Assembly: GCA_043767805.1 (NCBI GenBank)
Contig: JAYUGC010000026.1
Span: 1 to 39,966, forward strand
Direction of reading: 5' to 3'
DNA length: 39,966 nucleotides
DNA from: Pseudomonadota bacterium
GTDB taxonomy: Bacteria; Bdellovibrionota; FAC87; UBA2466
The position numbers and the translations under genes are program-made. Every line of letters begins with the position of its first letter. Positions within the stretch are counted from its first letter, which is position 1. Positions 6,397-15,793 of the stretch are shown piece by piece. Under the pieces are notes generated by a model. That model saw only the letters and a list, made by a program, of their open reading frames with translations, searched no databases and had not been told where the DNA came from.

Positions 6397-9156
6397 ATGT
6401 TAAACCGCGATGTGGCTGCGGCTTTCGTGATTTCGGCGGCCGCTCTCATCTTTCAGTTCACACTCACGCGCGTGCTCTCGGTGCTCTATTGGCAGCACCT
6501 CGTTTACGCCATTTTAACGACATCGCTCTTGGGATTCGCCGCGAGCGGGACGGCGCTGAAAATCTCGAAGCGACTCCAAGGACTCACCACGACGGAGCTC
6601 GTCCGTTTTTGTTTTGCGGGCTTCGCGCTATCGAGCGTCCTGGGTGTATGGCTGGCGAGTTGGCTGGCGGGCGATTTCTTCACCTTGGGAGCCGCGAGTT
6701 TCACCGCTTCCAATGGCGTGCGCCTGGCGCTTTCCTACTTCTTTTCCGCCGTGCCTTTTTTCTTCTTCGGGTTACTCGTTCTGGGCCTCTTCTCGAAGAG
6801 TCCCGGACAGTCAGGCGTGCTTTACGCGGGCAACTTACTCGGCTCGGGGCTAGGCTCGCTCCTCTATCTAGGTCTCATGCGGCCCCTCGGTGCGTTGGGC
6901 GTGCTCCGGTGGTTGATCTTCCTTCCTTCGGCGCTGGCCGTCTTGTTTCCCGGTAAAGATCGAACCCCCGTTTCGAAAAGCCTCGCCTTTGCGCTTTTGG
7001 CCGCTCTCGTCGCGACGGGCTTTGTCGACATTTCCCCCGATCGGCACAAGCAGTATTGGACGCTCAGCTCCGATAAAGTCGTCGAGAAGAGTGAGTGGAA
7101 CGCCATTTCCCGGGTGGATGTCATCCGGGTTCCCAAAGGACGGCAGCGCCACATTCTGATAGATGGCGACGCGCAGACGGCTCTCGTGCCTCCCGCGGAC
7201 CGAGTGGAGAGAGAGGTTCGCTTTCGCATGGCGGAAGTTGGGTCTGAAGGCTTTCGGTTTGCGACCACGGGCTGGACGGAAGTCAGCGCGCTTTTCACGC
7301 TCGAGCTCTCGGGGCGCGAGACGGCGCGTAACGTGGTGCTTCAGCTCACTACGGGTGGCAATTCCTATCTGCAAAACGTCTCGGTTCCGGCCGGCCGGCC
7401 CGTCTCGTTTTTTGCGAGCTGGCGCGCGGAGGACAAGGCGAGCCGGGTTGCGGTGGACTTCGGACAGTTTGAGATGGCGAGCTGGCCCTCCTTCGCGCTT
7501 GGTCCAGAGACTACGATTTCGGTACAAGACGGAGCTCTGCTGAAGGCGATGCGCGTTTGGGATAAGGCACTCGATCGAGCTGAGCTCTATGCGTTTTCTC
7601 CGAACTACGGCGGCTATGAGCGGGTCGTGAGCCATGACCTCTTCAAGAAGGAAACGGGACGCGCCGAGGATCGGGTGCTCGTCATCGGAAATGGCGGCGG
7701 AGCGGACTCGGTCGCCGCGGCGAGGGCGGGGGCCATGCACATCACCGCCGTTGAAGTGAATCCCACGAGCTACTCGTTAGTGAAGGACGTCTACCGCGAC
7801 TACCTCGGGGATTTTTTCGCGCGCTCCAACGTCGATTTGAAGCTTGAGGACGGACGAAGCTTCGTGCGGCGGTCCACGGAGCGCTTCGATTTGATTGCTC
7901 TGGTCGGCGTCGACAGTTTGGCCGCGGCCAATTCCGGCGCGTACGTTTTAGCGGAGAGTTTTCTCTATACAGCGGAAGCTCTCGATGATTACTGGGCTCA
8001 TTTGAGCACCGAAGGAAAGCTTCAGATTAGCCGGTGGCACTTTCCGAAAACGCCTCGCGAGACACTTAGAATTTTCAGCATGGCGTACGAAAGTTTGGCC
8101 AGAAACGGGGTGGCCGATCCCACGCGCCATCTCGCCATGATTGCGCCAAAGGGCGCGGATCAATTGGACGGTTGTTTTGCGACTCTGCTCGTCTCTAAGG
8201 CCCCGTTTAGCGCGGCTTCTCTACCGGTACTGGCCTCCCTTGACGTCCTGTTTCACCCGCTAGTGGACGCCGGGCCTCGTCCCAATGCCTTTCATCGTTT
8301 CATTGCGTCGGCCAGAGACGGCAAAGCGGAAGCTTTTTATCAGGCCTATCCTTTTAACGTGAAGCCGGTCACCGACGATGCCCCCTTCTTTTTCCACTAC
8401 GGGAAGTTTTCTCAGCTCCTTCGCCCTTACGAGGTGGGCGTGGCTGGCTTCGACTCTATCCTCGGCCGCTGGCCGTTCTTTGTGCTCGCGGCACTCGTCC
8501 TGCAATGCCTACTCGGCGGCGTGCTCTTGGTGCTGCCTTTGGCCCGGCATTTGGAAAAAGGGAAGCCCTCGGGTTTCGCGTACTTCTCCTGTCTGGGCAT
8601 CGGGTTCATGTTCGTGGAGATGTTTCTCGTCCAAAAGCTGGTGCTCATGCTCGGGCATCCCATGTACTCCTTGGGGGTAACGCTGCCATCGCTTCTGGGA
8701 GCCGCGGCGCTCGGCAGTTATCTCTCGCGTGGCATTCGATTGGACGACCTTAAGACCCGTCTCGGGCTCTTTGCCGCCATTGCCGCCGTCATTTGTATGC
8801 TCGGGATAGCTTTGCCGTCCATTTTGGAAGCGACTCTGCCGCTTTCCTTTAGCGCGCGCGTGTGGGTTTGCGCCCTGATCACGTTTCCCGTGGGCATACT
8901 GCTTGGCATGCCCTTTCCGTCTGGACTGAGGGCGTTACCTCCGTCTGCGTTGTGTTTCGCGTGGGGAGTCAATGGAGCGTTCGGCGTTTTGGCTTCCGTG
9001 GTGGCGGTGATACTTGCCATGCAATTTGGCTTTTCGTTCCTGCTTATTCTTTCCGCTTTTCTCTACGCGAGCGCGGCGCTGGTCGCCCCCGTGAAGCAGA
9101 GCGTTTCGTTGAGTGAGCCGGCGCGCCCGTCATCTCTGAAGGAAGTCCTTCGTTAA
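6397..9156 (+). CDS. Membrane-bound spermidine-synthase-like SAM-binding protein
   Basis: N-terminal TM bundle (LYAGNLLGSGLG), WNAISRVDV, VLVIGNGGG, AVEVNP, EDGRSF, LYTAEA, VTDDAPFF, C-terminal TM bundle (GMPFPSGL, AWGVNG). Confidence 0.82.
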   Translation: MLNRDVAAAFVISAAALIFQFTLTRVLSVLYWQHLVYAILTTSLLGFAASGTALKISKRLQGLTTTELVRFCFAGFALSSVLGVWLASWLAGDFFTLGAASFTASNGVRLALSYFFSAVPFFFFGLLVLGLFSKSPGQSGVLYAGNLLGSGLGSLLYLGLMRPLGALGVLRWLIFLPSALAVLFPGKDRTPVSKSLAFALLAALVATGFVDISPDRHKQYWTLSSDKVVEKSEWNAISRVDVIRVPKGRQRHILIDGDAQTALVPPADRVEREVRFRMAEVGSEGFRFATTGWTEVSALFTLELSGRETARNVVLQLTTGGNSYLQNVSVPAGRPVSFFASWRAEDKASRVAVDFGQFEMASWPSFALGPETTISVQDGALLKAMRVWDKALDRAELYAFSPNYGGYERVVSHDLFKKETGRAEDRVLVIGNGGGADSVAAARAGAMHITAVEVNPTSYSLVKDVYRDYLGDFFARSNVDLKLEDGRSFVRRSTERFDLIALVGVDSLAAANSGAYVLAESFLYTAEALDDYWAHLSTEGKLQISRWHFPKTPRETLRIFSMAYESLARNGVADPTRHLAMIAPKGADQLDGCFATLLVSKAPFSAASLPVLASLDVLFHPLVDAGPRPNAFHRFIASARDGKAEAFYQAYPFNVKPVTDDAPFFFHYGKFSQLLRPYEVGVAGFDSILGRWPFFVLAALVLQCLLGGVLLVLPLARHLEKGKPSGFAYFSCLGIGFMFVEMFLVQKLVLMLGHPMYSLGVTLPSLLGAAALGSYLSRGIRLDDLKTRLGLFAAIAAVICMLGIALPSILEATLPLSFSARVWVCALITFPVGILLGMPFPSGLRALPPSALCFAWGVNGAFGVLASVVAVILAMQFGFSFLLILSAFLYASAALVAPVKQSVSLSEPARPSSLKEVLR

Positions 9157-10205
9157 ACGATCGCGAACTCGGTGAGCACGCCGTAGTGATCGGAGAGACG
9201 GGCGGGACCTTTGCCGGCTCCGCAGAGCGGCTGGTCGAAAATGACTTGGGACTCGGTCGGCACCAGCCGCGACGACTGGCTCGCGAAGATGTAATCGATG
9301 CGCGCATCGGGGCTGTTGCTGAAGTGGCCGCTCTTCTTGTACGGATTTCGTGAGTCGTCGGTGTGGCCCGGTGCCCCCCTCGCTCCGACTACTTCGAAAG
9401 TGTCTTCGAAATCGAGCTCTCCGCCTGGAGCGAAAAGCCCGTGCTCATAGGTCGCCCGAGTCGCTCCCACTTCTCTCGGAGCGGCATTCAAATCGACGCC
9501 TAGTAGAGCGGACTCCGAGGTGCGGGTCTTTTGGATCCACTGCGCGAGCTCCGCCGCTTGCTGCCCGCGTCGCGCGCCTTGGCTCAGATCGTAGTTTCCT
9601 TTTCTCGAATCGAAATCCACGGCGCCGAGGTGGCTGTTGTAGACGTCGATCCAGCCGAGAGACGGCACTTGAACGCTCGCTCTGAGCGCGCCCTTGGCGA
9701 CGAAGGCCTCGTCGGGCCGGGTCGAAGTGGAGAAGGCGAAAGCATCGAAACGTGGGCCGAGCGGATAGCGGGAAAAGATCTGTAGGCCATTTCCCATGGT
9801 CTTTTTCATTCTGTCGATGAGCAAGGAGCTCGCGGCCACCATGGCTAGGGCGCTTCCGCTCAAGGCGGAGACCACGCCGAGGTTGGTGCCGCCCGGAAAA
9901 AGGGAGGCGAGGCAAAGAGGCAGAAGGCCCGTCAGTGCTCCCGGCGATTGACCGGGAAGAGTGAAGCTTAGCTCGGGAATCTGAGAAGCCTCGTAGGGAT
10001 ACCCGTGCTTCGAGAAAGCGGCGCGAAGCTGGTTTCGTAGCTGGGAGTCCCAGACTTCCTGACAAAGCACGATGTCGGCGCCGGTGGCGGCCACCAGCCC
10101 TGGAACCAGCGCCGCTCGCTCGTCGATTTCCGGCGCGAGCGATACGCGGAAGGGAAGCCGAAGGAGCCAGGTATTGAGCGTTAGAACGCGAAGCTTCCGT
10201 CTCAT
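9153..10205 (-). CDS. Endonuclease/exonuclease/phosphatase (sphingomyelinase-like) protein
   Basis: LTLNTW, LCQEVW, GLQIFSRYP, KGAL, NSHL, GVDLNA, RIDYIF, SDHYGV; ATG 10205 with GGAGGG RBS. Confidence 0.85.
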   Translation of the reverse strand: MRRKLRVLTLNTWLLRLPFRVSLAPEIDERAALVPGLVAATGADIVLCQEVWDSQLRNQLRAAFSKHGYPYEASQIPELSFTLPGQSPGALTGLLPLCLASLFPGGTNLGVVSALSGSALAMVAASSLLIDRMKKTMGNGLQIFSRYPLGPRFDAFAFSTSTRPDEAFVAKGALRASVQVPSLGWIDVYNSHLGAVDFDSRKGNYDLSQGARRGQQAAELAQWIQKTRTSESALLGVDLNAAPREVGATRATYEHGLFAPGGELDFEDTFEVVGARGAPGHTDDSRNPYKKSGHFSNSPDARIDYIFASQSSRLVPTESQVIFDQPLCGAGKGPARLSDHYGVLTEFAIV

Positions 10206-10340
10206 GTGGTCCCTCCCTGGGAGCTTTGGAGACGGTCTAATTATCGGCGACGCACAAAAAGACCGCGCGAACGGTCCATTAGTTTTGTGCAAAGAAGATT
10301 AGGCTAAGGAATCTATAGGTTTCGCGCCGCGTTTGGCGGC

Positions 10341-11171
10341 CTATTCCTTCAGAACGACGTTGTTGTAGCCGCGTTCGTGGATGAGACGGTCGAAGTACCC
10401 GACGATGCCGTCGCGACGGTGCAGGATGCCGCGCTTTTCGTCGTCCGAGAGAAATCCAGTCACTTCCCTGAGGTCGTTCCAGTGAAGCCCGCGTAAACGA
10501 TCAAGAGTCTGTTCGCGGACGTGATCGACGGGAGCGTCGTTACGGTAATACGGGTAATAGGTCATCGAAAGACCGAGGTGGGACTGCCCGCTCGCGGACC
10601 AATCCATGAAGACAGGGCGGCGCCGGCCATCGACCCAGTGTTTTCCAATCAGCAAATTGTTGTGAATGGAGTCGGGGTTCTGCAAGAGAACCGTGAGCAC
10701 GCGGTTGTCGGAGAGGAGCGCTGTTTTCGAGATGCCCCATTCGCGTTGCGGGGTATCGAGTAAGTAATGAAGGTCGTCGACGTAGTGAATGAGCGCGCCT
10801 TCCGGATAGGAAACGCCGTTAATCTGAAAATTGTAGCGGTAAGACACGGGCGCGATGTAGTCCATGCCTAGCTTACGGTTCACGTGATAGGCGACGAACT
10901 CGCCCGTCGCGCGCGCCCACCCCTCGCTGTCCCCGTACGGGCGGGGCTTAAAAGCGGTAAGCCGCTCTCTACCGGTTACCGAATCGCGGATGACGACTTT
11001 CAAGACTTCGTGCCGGTTGCCGTGACCGCCGAAGGCCTGGCCCCAGATGGCGTTGCCGTTGAACAAATCATGGGTGATGGCGCCGTGGGCGCCGTTGATC
11101 TGGTCGAAGTAGGTTTCGCAACCCGCGGAAGCGAATGAGGAAAGGAGCACTAAAAACAGGCTGAAACGCAT
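10341..11171 (-). CDS. Secreted or lipoprotein atypical kinase-like protein (PI3/4-kinase / Fam20-like fold)
   Basis: Signal peptide ending SAGC; AFKP, EFVAY..NRKLG...AP, GALIHY, NPDSIHNNLL, VFMDWS. Confidence 0.55.
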   Translation of the reverse strand: MRFSLFLVLLSSFASAGCETYFDQINGAHGAITHDLFNGNAIWGQAFGGHGNRHEVLKVVIRDSVTGRERLTAFKPRPYGDSEGWARATGEFVAYHVNRKLGMDYIAPVSYRYNFQINGVSYPEGALIHYVDDLHYLLDTPQREWGISKTALLSDNRVLTVLLQNPDSIHNNLLIGKHWVDGRRRPVFMDWSASGQSHLGLSMTYYPYYRNDAPVDHVREQTLDRLRGLHWNDLREVTGFLSDDEKRGILHRRDGIVGYFDRLIHERGYNNVVLKE

Positions 11172-11303
11172 GACTTAAATACCCTTCAAAGACCCCGAAG
11201 TCTTGAATCGTGCGGGGAATTCTCCTCCTAACCCTCCGAAAGCGGTGACAATTCTCGGCTCAGCGGCGTTTAGGTGCGCCGCGTGTTCTACCGATAAGCG
11301 TTC

Positions 11304-11771
11304 ATGCGAATCAAGGGCTATTTCTTCGTGTGGCTCGTCCTGTGCGGGGTCTCCTTGGGAGCCAGCTCCAAACGGTGGATCAACAGCGACCAATGCACCC
11401 AACTCTGTGGGGCCATCGAGTCCTGCGCCGACAAGATTCAGCGCCCCGAGCTCTCGCGGTTGCTCTGTCACGTGGCGGCCTGTGAGGTAGGAAAGCTTTG
11501 CGGGAAGAAAGAGATCCGCTCGCCGAACGGACTTTTTCACGGGCCGTATCAGTTCACCAACGCGACTTGGAAGTCGGTTTGTCAGCCTCTCTTCAAGCAG
11601 CAGGGTCTCAAAGGATGCGCGGGCAAGAAGTCCATCTACGACACCTGCTGCACCACGGCCTGCGCGAGCAGCCTCATCGCCGAAGAGATCAACGGCGGCA
11701 TTCGCAACTGGCCGCAGTGTGGTCCGCTCGCCAAACGAGAAGTCGCCTCCGAGGAAAAATCTAAAAAGTAA
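11304..11771 (+). CDS. Secreted Cys-rich Rpf-like lytic transglycosylase
   Basis: VAACE, NGLFHGPYQFTNATW and GIRNWPQC parallel the Rpf motifs AQCES, NGYYGGLQF..TW and GAWP.C; signal peptide. Confidence 0.65.
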   Translation: MRIKGYFFVWLVLCGVSLGASSKRWINSDQCTQLCGAIESCADKIQRPELSRLLCHVAACEVGKLCGKKEIRSPNGLFHGPYQFTNATWKSVCQPLFKQQGLKGCAGKKSIYDTCCTTACASSLIAEEINGGIRNWPQCGPLAKREVASEEKSKK

Positions 11772-11906
11772 TCCGTCACGCGTTTTTTGCGGTCGCCGCT
11801 TACGCGCGTAGTCAGCGGAAAGTCCCCGAACTTCTTGAGGGGCGCGATCGGATTTGATACCCCCTTGGCATCCTGGGTTGACCCAGACATAGGGTGAGGG
11901 GGAACG

Positions 11907-13076
11907 ATGCGCACTTTCCGGATCTTTCTGGCGGCAGTTTTGGCGACTTGGCTTTCGGTGGGGGCGGTGCCCGCCCGAGGTGTGGCGCTCACTCCGGGGC
12001 TTTACGATAACGAGACCGGCTCGCCTCTCTTGCCCGTCATTCTCGCCACCAAGAAGACCTTGGATATCGCCATCTACACCATGACCGACACGGCGGTCTT
12101 GCAGGCTTTGCATCAAGCGTTGGCGCGAAAGATTCGTGTCCGGGTCATCAAGGAACCGGAGCCGGTTGGCGATACGCCTTGCCGCGTGTTCGCCGCGCCC
12201 ATCGCGAGCGAGGAGCCCAGCTGCGGAGAACAACGCAAATTAAAGGATGCGATTATCGCGTCCGGCGGCTCTTACGTTCCCTTCGAGAAAAAAGCGTTCT
12301 GTCCGGATCCCACGAAATATTGTTTCCTCCATGGCAAGCTGGTCGTCGCCGATCAGCAGGCGGCTTTGGTCAGCACCGGAAACTTCGACGGCAGCAACCT
12401 TTGCGATCCGGTGGAACATCCGAAGCGCTGTAACCGCGACTACACTTATTTGACGGCGGACCCCATCACGGTCCGAGCGCTCGCGACCATCTTCGAGGGC
12501 GATCTCGGCCGTCGCAGCTACAACCTGCCGGCAATTCTGAGCGGATCGGTCGCTCAAAGGCTCACCGTGAGCCCGTACTCGTTGGCGCCGCTCGTTCAGT
12601 TCATTCGGTCGGCGAAGGCCAATATCCGCATTGCGAACCAGTACCTTTGGGAGCCGCATTTGAATCAGGCCTTGGTGGACGCGGCGAAGCGGGGGGTGCG
12701 CATCGACCTCCTGGTGGCGAGCGCTTGCGCGTTTCAGCCGCCGACGCCGAAAGATCAGGAGCGCGTAAAGGAAGTTTTCTCGGCGTTCGATGGCGCCGGC
12801 ATCCGCAGCCGCATGTTCACTTCGTCTCAACTCATCAAAGGAGTGCCGGGTTACCTGCATGCGAAGGCAATCTTGGTGGACAATCAGCGCGCCTGGGTCG
12901 GCTCGGTGAACGGATCGAGCACGGCGTTCAACAATAACCGAGAGTTCGGGCTTTTCGTCGAAGATCGCCCGTCGATTGTTGGACTCGCTAGTCGCTTCGA
13001 CGCGGATTTCGCTTCGGCGGGAACGGAAAGTTGGCAGGAGTCGTTGCGTTGCTTGAAGGACAAGGCCGCGCCTTAA
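11907..13076 (+). CDS. Secreted phospholipase D family protein
   Basis: Two HKD motifs (HGKLVVAD..STGN; HAKAILVD..GSVN); signal peptide. Confidence 0.9.
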   Translation: MRTFRIFLAAVLATWLSVGAVPARGVALTPGLYDNETGSPLLPVILATKKTLDIAIYTMTDTAVLQALHQALARKIRVRVIKEPEPVGDTPCRVFAAPIASEEPSCGEQRKLKDAIIASGGSYVPFEKKAFCPDPTKYCFLHGKLVVADQQAALVSTGNFDGSNLCDPVEHPKRCNRDYTYLTADPITVRALATIFEGDLGRRSYNLPAILSGSVAQRLTVSPYSLAPLVQFIRSAKANIRIANQYLWEPHLNQALVDAAKRGVRIDLLVASACAFQPPTPKDQERVKEVFSAFDGAGIRSRMFTSSQLIKGVPGYLHAKAILVDNQRAWVGSVNGSSTAFNNNREFGLFVEDRPSIVGLASRFDADFASAGTESWQESLRCLKDKAAP

Positions 13077-13143
13077 GCGTAGGACAACTTGCATTGACCG
13101 AGTTTTGCGCGGCGATATAGTACGGCTTTACGGACAAACTGAA

Positions 13144-14793
13144 ATGCGTCGCCTGACCGGTCAATTACGACCCCTCGTGGAGAGTGCCGCCCTGGCAGTC
13201 GTCTACTATTGGGTGGGGAGACTTGGCGTCTTGACGGCCATCCCTCCTGGAGTCGCGACCGCCATCTGGCCCGCTTCGGGGGTGGCGCTGGCGGCGGTCG
13301 TGCTCAGAGGAAGTGCCATCGCGCCCGGCATATGGTTGGGCTCGCTCGTTTTGAATTTTCAGATCTTGGTGGCCGCGGGGACCGTGCCGCCGCTTGCGGC
13401 GTTCGCGGCAGCCGCCGGCATCGCGCTTGGTTCGTCGCTCCAGGCGTTACTTGCGTCGTGGCTCATTCACCGGATCGTCGGAACCCAGCACTTTCTGGAA
13501 ACGGCCCGCCATGCTTTGCAATTTCTCGGAGTCGCGGCCCTCAGTTGTCTGATTGCGGCGAGTCTCGGGGTACTGAGCCTTTGCGCGTCGGGCGCCGGCT
13601 CTTGTCATATCCTAAACGAAGGGTGGGTGACTTGGTGGCTCGGTGATTTGGTGGGCGTCTTGGTGATGACGCCTCTTCTTATCGTCTGGTCGGGCAACCA
13701 ATTTAAAACCCGGTGGGGCATGCGGCGGGCTTTGGAAGCCTTGGTCTCTCTCCTCTTTTGTTTCTTGGTAGGGGAGCTCGTATTCGGGGTGCCCTTGCGG
13801 GAGGGGACGCACTACGCGGGCGCTTACGCCTTTTTTCCCGTCATCATGTGGGCGGCCTTTCGGTTGGGACCCATCGGCGGCGTGTCTGCGCTTTTCGTGA
13901 CCGCGGTGCTCGCCGTTTGGGGCACGGTGCTTGGCTCGAGTCAGTTTTCGAGCGCAATCCTCAATACGGCCCTTCTGTCCGTGCAAATTTTCGTCGCCCT
14001 TGCGGCGGTCATGAGCCTTGTTCTCGGCGCGGTGCTTTTCGAAAGAAAGCGCACGGAGGAAGAACGCGCGGGTCACTTCGAGGAGGAGAAACGGCTTCGT
14101 CTGGAGCTTGCCCGCTCAAATAGCGATTTGGAACGTTTCGCTCAGCTCGCGTCTCACGATTTGCGCGAGCCGGTTCGCTCCGTCATTTTGCATCTGGGGC
14201 TACTGGAGAGCGCGGCAAAAGGGGCGTTGAGCGAGACCGCGGAGACCAATCTGCGGTTTGCTTACGACGGCGCGCAGCGCATGCAGCGTCTCATCGAGGC
14301 GCTCCTCGAGTTCTCTCGGGTGAGGGCGCAGCCGCGGGCCTTTGGGCAGGTGGCCTGTGATGAAGTAGTTGGAGAGGTGCTTTGGAGCTTAAAGGCGGCC
14401 ATCGCGGAATCCGAGACGCAGGTGAAAGCCGAGCCGCTTCCCACCGTGGCGGGCGATCCGGTGCAGATTGGGCAGCTCTTTCAAAATCTCCTAGCTAACG
14501 GCATCAAGTACCGGGCGCGCGATCATCGGACGGAAATTCGCGTGGCCGCCGAGAAGATCGGCAAAGAGTGGCTATTTCGGGTGAGCGACAACGGCATCGG
14601 CTTCGAGATGAAGTACGCGACGCAGATTTTTGAGATCTTCGAGCGCCTGCACCCGGCGTCGCGCATCGAGGGCTCGGGACTGGGACTGTCGCTTTGTAAG
14701 AGCATCGTGGAGCGTCACGGCGGGCGAATCTGGGCCGAGTCCGAAGTAGGCCGTGGCTCGACTTTCTTCTTTACTCTTCCTGCCCTTGGTTGA
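13144..14793 (+). CDS. MASE1-domain sensor histidine kinase
   Basis: IWPASG and WWLGD MASE1 motifs; ASHDLREP H-box; QNLLANGIKY, DNGIG, GSGLGL. Confidence 0.9.
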   Translation: MRRLTGQLRPLVESAALAVVYYWVGRLGVLTAIPPGVATAIWPASGVALAAVVLRGSAIAPGIWLGSLVLNFQILVAAGTVPPLAAFAAAAGIALGSSLQALLASWLIHRIVGTQHFLETARHALQFLGVAALSCLIAASLGVLSLCASGAGSCHILNEGWVTWWLGDLVGVLVMTPLLIVWSGNQFKTRWGMRRALEALVSLLFCFLVGELVFGVPLREGTHYAGAYAFFPVIMWAAFRLGPIGGVSALFVTAVLAVWGTVLGSSQFSSAILNTALLSVQIFVALAAVMSLVLGAVLFERKRTEEERAGHFEEEKRLRLELARSNSDLERFAQLASHDLREPVRSVILHLGLLESAAKGALSETAETNLRFAYDGAQRMQRLIEALLEFSRVRAQPRAFGQVACDEVVGEVLWSLKAAIAESETQVKAEPLPTVAGDPVQIGQLFQNLLANGIKYRARDHRTEIRVAAEKIGKEWLFRVSDNGIGFEMKYATQIFEIFERLHPASRIEGSGLGLSLCKSIVERHGGRIWAESEVGRGSTFFFTLPALG

Positions 14794-14828
14794 AGAACTA
14801 AGGGAGACAATTGAACTAAGAGGTCACC

Positions 14829-15287
14829 ATGCTCGACAACGGACAAAAATTTCCCGACTTTTCCCTGCAGAACCAAGACGGTAAGACGCGTACGTTAAAG
14901 GATTACGCCGGCCAGTGGCTGGTGCTCTACGTTTACCCGAAGGACGACACGCCCGGCTGCACGATTCAAGGTAAGTCGTTCACGGCGACTAAAGCGGATT
15001 TCGATAAAGCGGGCATTCGCGTGGTGGGTGTCAGCGCCGATGACGTGGTCTCTCACAAGAGCTTCTGCAACAAGTTCTCTTTCACCATCGAGCTTCTCGC
15101 CGATACCCATGCCCAGCTTCTCAGCGCGGCTCACGTCGGGCAAAGCGAGTGGAAGGGGACGAAGTACTGGGACCGCACGACGTTCGTCATCGATCCTCAG
15201 GGTATCTTGCGCAAAACCTACCTCAAGGTGAGCCCCGAAGGGCACGAGGCGGTTTTGCTGAAAGACATCGCGGCGCTTAAAAAGTAG
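14829..15287 (+). CDS. bcp: Peroxiredoxin Bcp/PrxQ
   Basis: YPKDDTPGCT peroxidatic motif, GVSAD, RTTFVID; GAGG RBS. Confidence 0.88.
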   Translation: MLDNGQKFPDFSLQNQDGKTRTLKDYAGQWLVLYVYPKDDTPGCTIQGKSFTATKADFDKAGIRVVGVSADDVVSHKSFCNKFSFTIELLADTHAQLLSAAHVGQSEWKGTKYWDRTTFVIDPQGILRKTYLKVSPEGHEAVLLKDIAALKK

Positions 15288-15417
15288 CGTTTTGACTCCG
15301 GCCGCTCCGGAAAAAATTCACGCTTCTTCGCTGTCCGTCTTTTTCTGAGCTTCGAAAGTCGTGGCCTCCCCCTTGCACAAGGGAGCCGTAAGCTTTGGGT
15401 TCATGAGGAGGGCAGAT

Positions 15418-15717
15418 ATGTTATCTAAAATTGGGGTCGCGATTTTACTGGGCGTGTCTTTGTTGTCTGGCGTGAGCTTCGGCGTTTCCAGCCGCGCTGC
15501 GAAGGCGAGTTTCGGCGAAACCGTGCAGGAGGCGAACCGCCGTTCGACGCCCCAACGTTCGTGCCAGCAGTACACGTACTGCCGAGGTGGATACGCGATC
15601 TGGTGCTACGAAGAGGGCGACTATTGCGACTCCGACGTCGGCTACGGCTCCTGGGTCTGGTGTGCTGCGTCAAACGATTGGGGTCAGTACTGGGAATCCA
15701 GTGACTTCTGTTACTGA
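15418..15717 (+). CDS. Small secreted Cys/Tyr/Trp-rich protein
   Basis: GAGGAG RBS, signal peptide, six Cys in the C-terminal 54 aa. Confidence 0.7.
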   Translation: MLSKIGVAILLGVSLLSGVSFGVSSRAAKASFGETVQEANRRSTPQRSCQQYTYCRGGYAIWCYEEGDYCDSDVGYGSWVWCAASNDWGQYWESSDFCY

Positions 15718-15793
15718 ATCCGCCGAGGTTCATTGCGTAGGTAAAGGCCGTTGGGAATAATGCGGGCTAGTCTCATCTCGCAAGGGGGAACCC

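Noticed and set aside
11175..13094. Long antisense ORFs (352 aa and 284 aa; likewise 20994-21992, 28609-29610, 6868-7740)
   Set aside because: Shadow frames of well-supported genes in GC-rich DNA, with no motifs.
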